Assembly: GCA_965218695.1 (NCBI GenBank) | Contig: OZ244651.1 | Span: 2,304,001 to 2,368,000 of the forward strand | Direction: 5' to 3' | From: Nitrosopumilus sp. | GTDB lineage: Archaea; Thermoproteota; Nitrososphaeria; Nitrososphaerales; Nitrosopumilaceae | DNA: 64,000 nucleotides | Shown: positions 1-10,594 of the stretch, one piece after another | Position numbering within the stretch: position 1 is the first letter of the stretch | Layout: the number at the start of each line of letters is the position of its first letter | The notes under the pieces: generated by a model | The model's database searches: none | Told to the model about the DNA's origin: nothing | What the model saw: only the letters and a program-made list of their open reading frames with translations | Made by a program: the position numbers and the translations under genes

Positions 1-990
1 CGAGGTGGTCATGTTCCCCCCGATGTCCCTAGTCGTTGCACCCGACTTTACAAGGTCAAATATTGCAGATTCCAGTTTTGCGCCGGCGTTGATGCATGCC
101 GAATCGTTGTGCTTTGAGCCGAGCCAGTCCAGCATCATCTTAATTGAGAGCAAAAACGAGGACGGATTCACTATGTTCCTTCCTGCAATGTCAAATGCGG
201 CCCCGTGGACCGGCTCAAATAGCGCAAAGGAGTCGCCGATGTTGGCAGCAGGGGCCATTCCCAGCCCCCCCACCACCTGCGACGACTCGTCAGAGAGTAT
301 GTCCCCGAACAGGTTCGTAGTGACTATCACGTCAAACTCCTGCGGCCGGCGGATCAGGTTCATGGCGCACGCATCAACGTACATCTCCTCAAAGGAGACG
401 TCAGGGTAGTCCTTGGAGACATCGGCACACGCGCCTGCAAACAGCCCGTCAGTTATCCTCATCACGTTTGACTTGTGGACGCATGTCACTTTTTTTTTGC
501 CATCCCGCCTCCGGGCAACCTCAAATGCATGCCTTGCAATCCTTCTAGACGCCTTTTCTGATATTATTCTCAGTGCCACAGCAGACCCACCCAGGTCAAA
601 CTCCTTTCCCGTGTAGAGATCCTCGGTGTTCTCCCGGACTATCACCATGTCTATGTCATCGCGCAACGCAGGCATGCCCGGGTATGACTTTGCGGGCCTG
701 ATATTGGCATAAAGGTCAAGCATCCTCCTCAGCACCACGATCACGTCTGCAGCACTCTCCCCCACGGGTGCCTTTAGGCAGGCATCGGATTTTTTTATGT
801 GGGATATGGTGTCGCCTGGAAGCGCCCTGCCGGTATCGGCAAGCGCGCCATCGCCTGCAGGCAGTTGCGTAATCTCAAACTTTGGGCCCATCCTGTCGTC
901 GCTGTCGCTAATCGCACCAAGCACCGACACTGCGGATTCGGACAGTTCGGGGCCCACACCGTCACCGGTAATCAGCGAGAGGTTATACAT
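1..990 (-). CDS. leuB: 3-isopropylmalate dehydrogenase (isocitrate/isopropylmalate DH family), 3' end cut by window edge
   Basis: Manual translation from ATG at 990: MYNLSLITGDGVGPE...LDLYANIRP...VIVRENTEDLY...EPVHGAAFDIAG; directly downstream of leuA. Not in the ORF track because it runs off the window. Confidence 0.9.
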   Translation of the reverse strand, partial: MYNLSLITGDGVGPELSESAVSVLGAISDSDDRMGPKFEITQLPAGDGALADTGRALPGDTISHIKKSDACLKAPVGESAADVIVVLRRMLDLYANIRPAKSYPGMPALRDDIDMVIVRENTEDLYTGKEFDLGGSAVALRIISEKASRRIARHAFEVARRRDGKKKVTCVHKSNVMRITDGLFAGACADVSKDYPDVSFEEMYVDACAMNLIRRPQEFDVIVTTNLFGDILSDESSQVVGGLGMAPAANIGDSFALFEPVHGAAFDIAGRNIVNPSSFLLSIKMMLDWLGSKHNDSACINAGAKLESAIFDLVKSGATTRDIGGNMTTS

Positions 991-1022
991 GATGTCACAC
1001 CGGAACGGGGGGATTTTAGGAT

Positions 1023-2534
1023 TTAGTCTTCCTTTTCCTGCACCATCTTTTTGAGCATGATGCGGTTGATGCCGTCAACTACTGCCTGCACGCTGGTAGT
1101 GACGATGTCCTCGCCGACGGACTTTGAGGAGACCGTGTTCCCGTGCACGTCCTCGACTGTTATGGTTACCTTGCAGAGTGCAGAGGCGCCGCCTGAAATT
1201 GATGCCAGGTTGTAGTTTTTGATCTTAATCTCGGATACCTTTCCGGTGATATTCTGGATCGCCTTGAGGGCAGCATCCACCGGCCCCACGCCGTGGTCGG
1301 TGCTGACAAAGTCCTTGCCGTCGATGTTGAGTTTCACAAACGCGTACGGCATTGCGCCTATTCCCGTGGATACTGAGAATCCTGCCAGCTGCACTATTCT
1401 CTTGATTCCGCCCCCGTCTAGGATCTCGCCTGCAATCGAGAGCAGTTCGACGTCAGTTATCTGCTCTCCCCGGTCGCCGAGCGTCTTGACCCTATCAAGA
1501 ATCTGCTGTGACTGCTTGTCAGTCGGTTTGAGGCCGTATTCCTCAAGCATGGCATTCATCCCGTGAATGCCTGCATGCTTTCCCACCTGGAGCCATCGCT
1601 TCCGTCCCACCAGTTCGGGGCTTATCGGTTCATATGTCAGGGGGTTGTTGAGGATTCCATGGGTGTGGATGCCGGACTCGTGCCCAAATGCGTTGTCGCC
1701 CACTATCGCTTTGTTTGGCTGCACCTGGATCCCCACAAGCCTCGAGACGTACCGTGACGTATCATAGATCAGTTCTGACTTTATGCCGGTCTCGTACTTT
1801 TGATCAAACGGCAGGCACTGCAGTGCCATGGAGAACTCCTCCAGGGACGCGTTGCCTGCGCGCTCGCCGATTCCGTTTATGGTGACATGCGCGCACGAGG
1901 CTCCTGCGCGAATTCCGGACAGCGCGTTTGCCACTGCCAGCCCAAAATCATTGTGGCAGTGGACGCTTATCGGAAGGCCGGTGGCATCTATCGCATCCCG
2001 GGTAATTGCGGCCATGTATTCCGGCGTAGAGTACCCCACGGTGTCCGGAATGTCAATCCTGTCAGCACCCGCCCCTGCAACATCGCCAAACACCTTTTTG
2101 AGAAACTCCCTGTCAGTCCTTGTGGCGTCCTCTGCCGAAAACTCCACTTGAAGGCCGCGCGACTTTCCATACTCCACTGCAGTGACTGCCTTTTCAAGGG
2201 CCTGCTCCCGGGTCATCTTGAGCTTGTACTTGAGGTGGATGTCAGATGTCGCAATGAAGGCATGGATGTACTCCAAGCCGCCGTCCACTGCAGCATCAAT
2301 GTCCTCCCTGCGGGTTCGCGCAAGTCCGGCAATCTCACAGGACAGCCCGGCGCCAGTAATGAGTTTGACTCCGGCCATCTCGCCTTCGGATATTACCGGA
2401 AACCCCGCCTCGATTGCATCCACTCCCAGTTCGTCAAGCCTTCTTGCAATGGCAAGCTTGTTTTCTGGCGTCAGTGATATTCCGGGCGTCTGCTCCCCGT
2501 CCCGCAGCGTGGTGTCAAATATTCTAACCCTCAT
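1023..2534 (-). CDS. leuA: 2-isopropylmalate synthase (LeuA/CimA family)
   Basis: DTTLRDGEQ, HCHND, GERAGNA motifs, C-terminal regulatory domain, ilv/leu cluster. Confidence 0.9.
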   Translation of the reverse strand: MRVRIFDTTLRDGEQTPGISLTPENKLAIARRLDELGVDAIEAGFPVISEGEMAGVKLITGAGLSCEIAGLARTRREDIDAAVDGGLEYIHAFIATSDIHLKYKLKMTREQALEKAVTAVEYGKSRGLQVEFSAEDATRTDREFLKKVFGDVAGAGADRIDIPDTVGYSTPEYMAAITRDAIDATGLPISVHCHNDFGLAVANALSGIRAGASCAHVTINGIGERAGNASLEEFSMALQCLPFDQKYETGIKSELIYDTSRYVSRLVGIQVQPNKAIVGDNAFGHESGIHTHGILNNPLTYEPISPELVGRKRWLQVGKHAGIHGMNAMLEEYGLKPTDKQSQQILDRVKTLGDRGEQITDVELLSIAGEILDGGGIKRIVQLAGFSVSTGIGAMPYAFVKLNIDGKDFVSTDHGVGPVDAALKAIQNITGKVSEIKIKNYNLASISGGASALCKVTITVEDVHGNTVSSKSVGEDIVTTSVQAVVDGINRIMLKKMVQEKED

Positions 2535-3013
2535 GCCCCGCTTCGCTCCAGGGCGGCAACGCCGGTCCTTGCAATGCCGGCTATGCCAAAGGGCTTTACA
2601 AGTTCCTCAAAGGCACGAATCTGCGCGGGCGTGGCGGTAAGCTCCACCATGATGGAATCCTCCCTCGCATCGTGCACCCTGCCGCCGTAGGCGTTTGCAA
2701 TCTTGTTGACCTCCATGCTCTGGCCGGCACTGGCAAGCTTTATCCTAAAGATGCACAGTTCCCTGTATACGGTCTTGTGCTCGTCGAGATGAACCACCTT
2801 TACTGTGTCGATCATCTTGTCAAGCTGCTTTACTATCTGGTCTATCTGGCGCGCATCACCGTCCGTGGTGATAGTCATCCTGGAATAATCCGGATTCTCA
2901 GTAATCCCGACAGAGATGCTCTCAATGTTGAAGTTTCTGGAACGGAACAGGTGAGTCACCTTGAAGAGGATTCCCGGCTTGTTTTCAACGAGTATTGATA
3001 GAATTGCCCACAT
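2531..3013 (-). CDS. ilvN: Acetolactate synthase small (regulatory) subunit
   Basis: ACT domain LSILVENKPGIL...FNIESISVG, C-terminal RTG; ATG at 3013; downstream of ilvB. Confidence 0.93.
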   Translation of the reverse strand: MWAILSILVENKPGILFKVTHLFRSRNFNIESISVGITENPDYSRMTITTDGDARQIDQIVKQLDKMIDTVKVVHLDEHKTVYRELCIFRIKLASAGQSMEVNKIANAYGGRVHDAREDSIMVELTATPAQIRAFEELVKPFGIAGIARTGVAALERSGA

Positions 3014-3022
3014 GATCAATCA

Positions 3023-4735
3023 CTATGACGGGAGTATCATCTCCGTAAGCGGGGTTCCCGGGGCCACAAACGGCAATACGTCTTCTTCGGGATCGATTGG
3101 AATGTCTATTACGGTTGCAACATCGCTGCCCAGCGCGGTTCGGACTGCTCGGTCCAGTTCGTCCATGGACTGTGCCCGGATTCCCTGGGCCCCGTAGGAT
3201 TCGGCAAGCTTGACATAGTCCGGGCACCGGCCCTGGTCCACCCCTATCATCCTCCGGTCGTAAAACGTCCTCTGCCACTGGGCCACCATCCCCAGCGTAA
3301 AGTTGTTCATTATGAATACTATTACCGGAATGTCCTCAAGGACTGCAGTCGCAAGGGAGTTTTCAGTCATGCTAAAGCTTCCGTCCCCTGCAATGTCCAC
3401 CACCGGGACATCCGGCCTTGCCACCTTGGCACCGATTGCAGCGGGGAACCCCCAGCCCATGGTGCCAAGGCCGGTGGAACTGAAGAATGTTCCAGGCTGG
3501 ATCACGTCATAGAACAGCGATGCCCACATCTGGTGCTGGCCCACCTCGGTGGTAATTATGGACTCAGGCGGCAGGAGCTGGCGCAGCTTGCGCAGAATCT
3601 TGGCTGCCCCCATCTCGCCTGGATGAATCTTGAGGTTCTCCTTCCAGTAGGCCTTTGTCTCCTTGACGTGCTTTACCCACGGGGACTCCTCTGTCTTTCT
3701 GATTGCCCTTTGGAGCAGCAGCTTTACCATGATTCTAAGCGAGGCCCGGACATCTCCCACCACGGCAACATGGGCAGTCTGGTTCTTGCCGATCTCTGCG
3801 GGGTCAACGTCGATGTGGATAATCTTGAGCCGCTTCTCAAAGGCCGCAAAGGTTCCAACGGAGCGGTCAGAGAACCTGGTTCCCACCGCCAGCACGCAGT
3901 CAGCCTCGGTCATTATCCGGTTTGCCTCTGCGTGTCCGTGCATTCCTATCGGACCCAGCGAGAGGGGGTGGTTTTCAGGAAACGCGCCCTTGCCCTTGAA
4001 TGTGGTCACCACGGGCAGCATGAGGGCCTCTGCCACTGCCTGCAGTTCGGCAAACGCAGACGATATGACCGTTCCCCCTCCTGCAAGGATTACCGGTTTT
4101 TCGGAGTGGAGTATTACATCGATTGCCTTTTCCACGTTTATGACGTCAGGATCAGTCCACGGGTGATACCCCTGGATTCCAAACTCGTTTGGAAATACCA
4201 TCTCGGCCTTGTTCTCCTGAACGTCCTTTGGAATGTCAATCAGGACAGGTCCCGGCCGTCCCGTCTCTGCAATAAAGAAGCCCTTTGCCACGGCATCAGG
4301 AATCTCGGCTGCGGTTCTTGGCTGGAACGCGTACTTGATTACGGGATTTGCCATGCCAATGATATCACTTTCCTGGAATGCGTCCCTTCCTATCATTCTC
4401 ACAGGCACCTGCCCCGTAACTGCCACCATCGGGGCAGAATCGGCCTGTGCTGTCGCGATGCCAGTCAGGATGTTTGTCGCCCCTGGACCGGATGTTGCAA
4501 AGCACACGCCGGGCTTTCTGCTGACACGCCCAAAGCCGTCGGCCATGTGGGCTGCAGACTGCTCGTGCCGTACCAGAATGTGTCTTATGTCGCATCGGGC
4601 AAACTCGTCATACATTGGAAGGTTTGCGCCGCCCGGGAGTCCAAAGACTTGTTTGACTCCCTCACGCTCCATTGCCACCATCAGTGCCTTTGCGCCACTC
4701 ATTTTTTCCATTTTATTCATCAAACCAATCGCCAT
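3023..4735 (-). CDS. ilvB: Acetolactate synthase large subunit
   Basis: FGLPGG, RHEQ, TSGPGATN, TPP motif GDGSF; true start may be a few codons downstream. Confidence 0.95.
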   Translation of the reverse strand: MAIGLMNKMEKMSGAKALMVAMEREGVKQVFGLPGGANLPMYDEFARCDIRHILVRHEQSAAHMADGFGRVSRKPGVCFATSGPGATNILTGIATAQADSAPMVAVTGQVPVRMIGRDAFQESDIIGMANPVIKYAFQPRTAAEIPDAVAKGFFIAETGRPGPVLIDIPKDVQENKAEMVFPNEFGIQGYHPWTDPDVINVEKAIDVILHSEKPVILAGGGTVISSAFAELQAVAEALMLPVVTTFKGKGAFPENHPLSLGPIGMHGHAEANRIMTEADCVLAVGTRFSDRSVGTFAAFEKRLKIIHIDVDPAEIGKNQTAHVAVVGDVRASLRIMVKLLLQRAIRKTEESPWVKHVKETKAYWKENLKIHPGEMGAAKILRKLRQLLPPESIITTEVGQHQMWASLFYDVIQPGTFFSSTGLGTMGWGFPAAIGAKVARPDVPVVDIAGDGSFSMTENSLATAVLEDIPVIVFIMNNFTLGMVAQWQRTFYDRRMIGVDQGRCPDYVKLAESYGAQGIRAQSMDELDRAVRTALGSDVATVIDIPIDPEEDVLPFVAPGTPLTEMILPS

Positions 4736-4856
4736 AATTTTAATGTGTTAGGACTGAGGAATCAGTTCAGCAGATCCAGCAGAAGAACATCAAGTAGTAC
4801 TGGAACTGTCATGATATATCAAATTGTATAATTGTTTATAAGATTAACTGATCATG

Positions 4857-6665
4857 CAGTTAACGCAGAAGTAATAGCAAATTAATACATAATTGGATCG
4901 AATACATATTCTAATATCCATGTTGGAAGCCCAAACAAGACAAATCCCGCATGGCCCGGATTGCCGGCACGGGCATGACGGTGCCTGATACATACGACAG
5001 GCACCGCATGATGCAAAAAGGCGGATGTCCCGTGGCAGAACAGTGCCATTCAAGATCTTCAGGCATGGCAGCGCAGCGTCCCTGCCAATCCCCGCGGCAG
5101 GCGGCAAGGCATGGCCTACTGCAGGGGCCGGCCGGTGTTTTGGATGCGGCCTGCCGTGCATCCGTCCGTACGGCAGCAGCAGCAGGGGCAGTGCCTGTCC
5201 GGCGGCTTGCGCTTGGCAAGATGCCATGGAACGACCATCAGCAGGAGAATCAGCTTCATGTCAGTCTGCCTCACCTTGGCGTAGACGCCGCCCGGATTGC
5301 GCGTCAGCCCGGCGTTTGCAAGGATCCATACGTTGAACAGGATCACAGAGTAGAGAAAGCAGAACAGCCTGGCGGTGCTGTTGCTGCTGCGCGTCCTTGC
5401 CCTTTGGTTCTCTATCATCCTGTATCCCGTTTCTATTACCCATCTCTTGGAGTACAGGTCGATGTTGATTCCGGGCACGCTTGTGGCAAACGCGATGTAT
5501 CTCTCCTCGGGCTTTTTGCTGTCCGATTTCCTGCCCTTTCTTTTGCGATTTGTTATTATCATGGTGTATTCCTCGTAATCCTTCTTGGTCTTTGCTATGC
5601 GGAACCTGGACACTGTCATGCGCTCCCCGCGGTCAAACTGCGCGATGGCCCGGACCACGTTGGGCGTGTTGACGCACGGCATCAGGTAGTCCACGCCCAT
5701 CTCATTGAGCGCCCTGATGACGTCGGTGGAAAAGAATTCCCGGTCAAGCATGGCGATCCCGATCTTGATCCTGTTGTCCATGCATGTCCGGATTATCCGG
5801 CGCACAAAATCAGAGGCGTCCTCGAGGGCTGGCATGTGAAGCACCCCCAACGCGATGTGCATTCCCCCGTTGACGCACTGCGCCGTGATGTACCGCTCAA
5901 AAAGGCCGGTCTTGCCCTTGCTCTTTGAGCGCACCACCTCGGCCCCGTGCTTGCGGTCCCAGCGCGGTATCAGGTGCATGTCTATGGCAACGTCCATCTT
6001 CCTGCCTGCAAGCATGCCCAGCTCCTGCAGCCTGTCCAGTTGAGATCCTACCTTTTTGTTAAACGCCCCCATCAGCCTGTCCCTCTCGATCCTGGAGATC
6101 ATGTCGCGGATCCACTCGCCGCTGGCTGCGCGGCGGTGTGATTTCCCAAGCCCGTGCAGCAGGGCCGCGGCGTTGCGCAGGGCCGACGCGCATCCGAATA
6201 CCGAGACGCCAAGCACGGCAGCTGCAATCAGGATTCTGTGAAAATCTGCAGGTCCGTACGTGGCGTTGTTCCTTTTGGGGGATGGAAGGCCCGGATCAAA
6301 CACCCCGGATATCTCGTCCATGACGTGTCCGCCCATGTCCGGATTGTTTTTCAGGGAACGCTGCATGCGGCCTGGCAGGCGGGGCGCGTCTGCACCTCCA
6401 GGCGCATCCTGTCTGACCGGGTCCCGTTTCAGGCAACCCGGCAAGCCTTAAATTCCAATTCCGTGAAGCCGATATGGGTGTGAGCCCGTTTCTGGTAGTG
6501 CATTGACGGGTACTCTCACTCCATTCTTTTAAGCTGCAATGGCATGCGATTTGCACCTGCTGGCAACTATTTTTGGCAACGCCTGCAGGCTCATTGCAGA
6601 TACGCACGGGACGGCGCGGGCGTGTCCTGCCTGTCAGGCTGGATCTTTTACTTCTGTGTTAACTG
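4857..6665 (-). mobile_element. ISH3-family (IS4-like) insertion sequence
   Basis: TIR CAGTTAACGCAGAAGTAA (4857) / TTACTTCTGTGTTAACTG (ends 6665), CATG on both flanks, encloses a DDE transposase. Confidence 0.85.
5116..6444 (-). CDS. ISH3-family transposase
   Basis: VAIDMHLIP, MLDREFFS, YSKRWVIETGYR (YREK-type) motifs; start uncertain. Confidence 0.85.
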   Translation of the reverse strand: MPGCLKRDPVRQDAPGGADAPRLPGRMQRSLKNNPDMGGHVMDEISGVFDPGLPSPKRNNATYGPADFHRILIAAAVLGVSVFGCASALRNAAALLHGLGKSHRRAASGEWIRDMISRIERDRLMGAFNKKVGSQLDRLQELGMLAGRKMDVAIDMHLIPRWDRKHGAEVVRSKSKGKTGLFERYITAQCVNGGMHIALGVLHMPALEDASDFVRRIIRTCMDNRIKIGIAMLDREFFSTDVIRALNEMGVDYLMPCVNTPNVVRAIAQFDRGERMTVSRFRIAKTKKDYEEYTMIITNRKRKGRKSDSKKPEERYIAFATSVPGINIDLYSKRWVIETGYRMIENQRARTRSSNSTARLFCFLYSVILFNVWILANAGLTRNPGGVYAKVRQTDMKLILLLMVVPWHLAKRKPPDRHCPCCCCRTDGCTAGRIQNTGRPLQ

Positions 6666-6669
6666 CATG

Positions 6670-6828
6670 GGCACTGCCACCGACACCCGGTACCGCCATG
6701 CCCACGCCATGCATCTAGATCATGCAGGCAGGACAAGACATTGGCATGTTTGAGGCTTTCAACATGGGTATTGGAATAGGCATTCTATCCAATCATGCAC
6801 TAAATTGTTGCTACTTCTGCGTTAACTG
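6670..6828 (+). mobile_element. Orphan end of a related ISH3-type element
   Basis: Ends in TACTTCTGCGTTAACTG (6812-6828); its reverse complement aligns with 4857-4985 well beyond the TIR. Confidence 0.7.
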
Positions 6829-6920
6829 TCATGATGATTTGATCCCATATTTCTTTGGATGAGGCCAGACCAGAGACGACGCACCACAGAAGACTTAACT
6901 CATTGCCCGCATCAGTACAG

Positions 6921-7328
6921 ATGGCTGTTTTGTCAGATAGTGAGGATATCATCAACGTTATTGAGACCCTGTTTCAGGCTGGAATCACAAAGGACGTCAC
7001 CCCGCTAAGGGGAATTCATCTTGATGATTCCAGGTTTTCAAGCTTTAGCGACCTGCCGCCATACGACCTCAAGGACTACCAAACCACCATAGAGCTTGAG
7101 GAGCTGAGGTTTGTGAGCATATCAGACTACCAGTACGAGATCAAAAACCCCAAGATCAGCATATTCGGGGACGCCGCAGTGGTTGCAATCGAGTTGGTCC
7201 AGAAGGGAATGCTGGTTGACAACAAGGCGTACACGGGAGAGCACGTGGTGATCAACGGCAGGGCGACATTTGTACTGGTAAGGCAGCCCACGTGGAAGAT
7301 TGCACACATACACCTGTCAAGGATATAG
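6921..7328 (+). CDS. NTF2/SnoaL-like protein
   Basis: FGDAAVV...RATFVLV..WKIAHIHLS is typical of DUF4440/SnoaL; ATG at 6921. Confidence 0.75.
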   Translation: MAVLSDSEDIINVIETLFQAGITKDVTPLRGIHLDDSRFSSFSDLPPYDLKDYQTTIELEELRFVSISDYQYEIKNPKISIFGDAAVVAIELVQKGMLVDNKAYTGEHVVINGRATFVLVRQPTWKIAHIHLSRI

Positions 7329-7330
7329 CG

Positions 7331-8146
7331 CTATTTGCCGGAATCCTTTGCCTTTTCGGATTCTGCCGAGACCAGATTCTGGTACAGATCGTAGGCGTGT
7401 TCCACATCGGAGTTGCCGTGGACGATGCTCCTTACTGCACGAATCATGGATACCGGGTGATCTGACTGCCATATGTTTCGGCCCATGTCCACCCCGACTG
7501 CGCCGCCCTGGATTGAGTTGTATGTAAGTTCCAGCGCGTCGCGTTCTGGAATCTTCTTTCCGCCCGCTACAATGATTGGGGCCGGGCACGAGTTGACGAC
7601 CTTTTCAAAGTTTTCACAATAGTACGTCTTGACAATGTGTGCGCCCTGCTCGGCTGCAATCCTGCACGCAAGGGAGAGATACCGGGCATCCTTGCCTAGT
7701 TCTTTTCCCACTGCCGTAACTACAAGTACGGGAAGTCCATATTCCTGGGCTTCTCCTACCAGTTTTCCAAGGTTTACTATAGTTTGGTACTCGTACTTTG
7801 AGCCGACAAATATGGACATTGCAAGCGCGCTGGCATTGAGCCTGATGGCATCCTGGATGGATACTGTAATGTCCTCCTGGGACAGATCATCGCCTATTAT
7901 GCTGGAGCCACCGGATACCCTAAGCACCATGGGAGTGCGGGTGGCAGGCGGAACCGATGTCCGCTGAACGCCTCGTGTCAGCATCAGAGAGTCGCAGTAC
8001 TTGAGCAGCGGGGCGATTACCTTCCTTGGGTTCTCCAGCCTCTCGGTGGGGCCAAGAAAGTATCCGTGATCCACTGCCAGCATGAGGGCGCGGTTGTGTG
8101 GCGGCCTTATGATGGATGACAGCCGATTTTCCAGTCCCCAGTCCAT
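7331..8146 (-). CDS. lsrF: Class I aldolase, LsrF/DhnA type
   Basis: MLAVDHGYFLGP, VKTYYC, IVAGGKK, GVDMGRNIWQS. Confidence 0.85.
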   Translation of the reverse strand: MDWGLENRLSSIIRPPHNRALMLAVDHGYFLGPTERLENPRKVIAPLLKYCDSLMLTRGVQRTSVPPATRTPMVLRVSGGSSIIGDDLSQEDITVSIQDAIRLNASALAMSIFVGSKYEYQTIVNLGKLVGEAQEYGLPVLVVTAVGKELGKDARYLSLACRIAAEQGAHIVKTYYCENFEKVVNSCPAPIIVAGGKKIPERDALELTYNSIQGGAVGVDMGRNIWQSDHPVSMIRAVRSIVHGNSDVEHAYDLYQNLVSAESEKAKDSGK

Positions 8147-8591
8147 TTCTAACGGAGTAGGGGCGCCTTTCTTAATTCTTTCTCACAAGATGGATCCAAA
8201 GAGCATCAGGGTAATGGCAAGAGGGAGCCGCTTGCGGGCCTGCCCACGCGCCCGGACCACAGATTACGTACCAGCTGCGGCGATGCCCCCGTGGTTTGGG
8301 GGATGCATGCATTGGCAGATCCCTCGACCCCCTCTGAAAGTATCCGCCCCGTCTTTGGTTCGTCTGGTTTTCCCATCAGGCGTGCTTGCCAGGCTCCCGT
8401 ATGCTGCTGTTGCTGCCGCCACCTGCCGGAACACGCCGGCATTGGCCACGCGCCCTTGTCTTCATTTGGCATCATGCCGGTCCTGCCGCCCGGCAGTCCT
8501 GCCCCTCAACGGGAAAGGGACCGCTTTTCACACAACATGCCTGTTTTGAACAGTCTAAAGGTTTTTTTAATTTCAGTGGAGTGTACCCTCA

Positions 8592-9821
8592 TTGGTTACC
8601 GAGTTTGACGTAATTCCGACAATCATAGGCGTATTATTCTTAGTCATTCCCGCGTTACTGCTTGGAAGGATCTGTTCCCATTTTAAAATACCAGAAATAA
8701 TCGGATTCGTGATTGCAGGAATTGCCCTGGGGCCGTCCGCAATAGGAGGAATAGTCCCGATTTTTGGAAAGCCCATAGTGGAACTAAACGAGGTAATGCT
8801 TGCGTTATGGCAGATCTCCGGAATCGTAATTTTATTTTCTGCAGGACTGCATTTTACGTTCCGTGATCTCATCAAGGCGGGTCCAAAAGCTGCAATAGTC
8901 GGACTGTGCGGGGTCATCGTGCCGCTTGGGACAGTATATCTTGTGATGGTTTGGATGGGGCTGGACTGGACTGCCGCGATGCTGATAGGGGCGACATTCG
9001 GGGCCACAAGCATAGCCGTGTCGGTCATAATTCTGGAGGAATTGGGCAAGGAAAAAACAACGGAAGGAAATATTTTGATAAACGCCGCAGTGCTAGACGA
9101 CGTCATAGGTCTTGCAATTCTTTCTGCAGTGATTTCGCTGGTCACGTTGGAGACAGTCCCAACGATCGAGTCGGTGGCAATTACAACCATTGTCCAAATA
9201 GGGTTTTGGTTTTTGATGCTGCTTGGCGCAGTGTATTTCCTGCCAAAAATCGTCCGGGGGTTGGGACAGACCCATCCGACGACACTGGAGGGAAGAGGAG
9301 CCAGGCAGGGGGTTGCCCTGGGATCCGCGTTCGGACTGGCCGCAATCGCGTCAGGCCTTGGCCTGAATCCGATTGTAGGGGCATTTGCAGCCGGGATGGG
9401 GCTGGCAGGATCAAACCTGGTGCTCCAAATACGCGAATTTGTAGGCAAGCTCAAAGTGATCGTCGCGCCGCTGTTCTTTGTCATAATTGGAACCCACGTA
9501 GACATAACACAAATCTCATCAATAAACTGGGTTTTGTTCGGGGTGATTCTTTGCGTGGCAGTATTCTCAAAGGTTTTGGGATGCGGCATTCCCGCATCCC
9601 TGTTACTAAAAAACAGGAAGAGCGGGTTCAGAATCGGGTATGGCATGGTAGCAAGGGGGGAGGTGGCGTTCATCGTGGCCGGGATTGGGCTGGCGTTTGA
9701 AATCCTTTCAGAAGAGATTTACTCCACGGTCATTTTTGTGATTTTGGCAACGATCATCATTACGCCCGTTTTGGTCAAGAGGTCATTTAAGGAAAATCCG
9801 TCAAAATCGGTTGAAAAGTGA
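8592..9821 (+). CDS. Cation:proton antiporter (CPA2/Kef-type)
   Basis: Multi-TM; ATSIAVS, AAVLDDV, GMVARGEVA motifs. Confidence 0.9.
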   Translation: MVTEFDVIPTIIGVLFLVIPALLLGRICSHFKIPEIIGFVIAGIALGPSAIGGIVPIFGKPIVELNEVMLALWQISGIVILFSAGLHFTFRDLIKAGPKAAIVGLCGVIVPLGTVYLVMVWMGLDWTAAMLIGATFGATSIAVSVIILEELGKEKTTEGNILINAAVLDDVIGLAILSAVISLVTLETVPTIESVAITTIVQIGFWFLMLLGAVYFLPKIVRGLGQTHPTTLEGRGARQGVALGSAFGLAAIASGLGLNPIVGAFAAGMGLAGSNLVLQIREFVGKLKVIVAPLFFVIIGTHVDITQISSINWVLFGVILCVAVFSKVLGCGIPASLLLKNRKSGFRIGYGMVARGEVAFIVAGIGLAFEILSEEIYSTVIFVILATIIITPVLVKRSFKENPSKSVEK

Positions 9822-10495
9822 AAGAACCGTTCAGGGCTAAATCGTGCCAATGTTTGAAACATGCAAATAAAAAATAAATGGGAAATGTTGAGTGCCGCTG
9901 TGCAGGATGTCTGTTGACGGGATTTTTGAATTAATGATGCCGTACGTCTTGCCGGTGCCTTGATCTTGTTGTTTTGGTGCCACCGTACGGCCTGTGGGCT
10001 TCTGGCCTGGCGTGGAACTGACTTGTATGATACCACCATACGCAGGCGTGTCATTCAAAGGCATGCCGCAAGTCATTATCAATTGCTATATAATTATATG
10101 CGTGCTCAGGGGCAATGGGATTAAAGAGAGCAAAAACGGTTTTGTGTGCTTCCTTGATCGATGTTGCCGCAATTGCATGGTGGGGTAAATTCTGCATATG
10201 CATTTACTTACGGCAGCAGCAGCAGCATAGTCAAAACGACAGAAGCAGAAAGGATTGCATCGCCGGCGAGGTCAGTCTATTGTGTGGACATTTTAACATA
10301 TGAATTGGTGGGGGAGGGTCCGGTTGGATGGTAATGTGTGGCGACGATCAAAAGTTCCTGCAAGATGATTCGGTCTTTCTGTTAATGGACTTGGGCGGCT
10401 CCGGATCAAATCGTGCGGTTCCATAATACCGGGAGATTGCGCTGCGCATGCCTGGGAGATATTCCAAAACAGGCAGAATCCGTCTTCCCCGATGT

Positions 10496-10524
10496 CAGCA
10501 GCAGCAGCAGCAGCAGCAGCAGCA
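10496..10524. repeat. (CAG)9 microsatellite, intergenic
   Basis: Directly visible; shorter CAG run near 10213. Confidence 0.9.
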
Positions 10525-10594
10525 TCACCATTCCCCAGACCGGCGTATACGGCGGTGCGCCATGTCAGTTGACCGGACACGCCCAATTCGGGTG

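Noticed and set aside
3533-4831. Long antisense ORFs (also 8573-9673, 23889-24962, 49809-50867 and others)
   Set aside because: Shadow frames of well-supported genes in GC-rich DNA, with no motifs.
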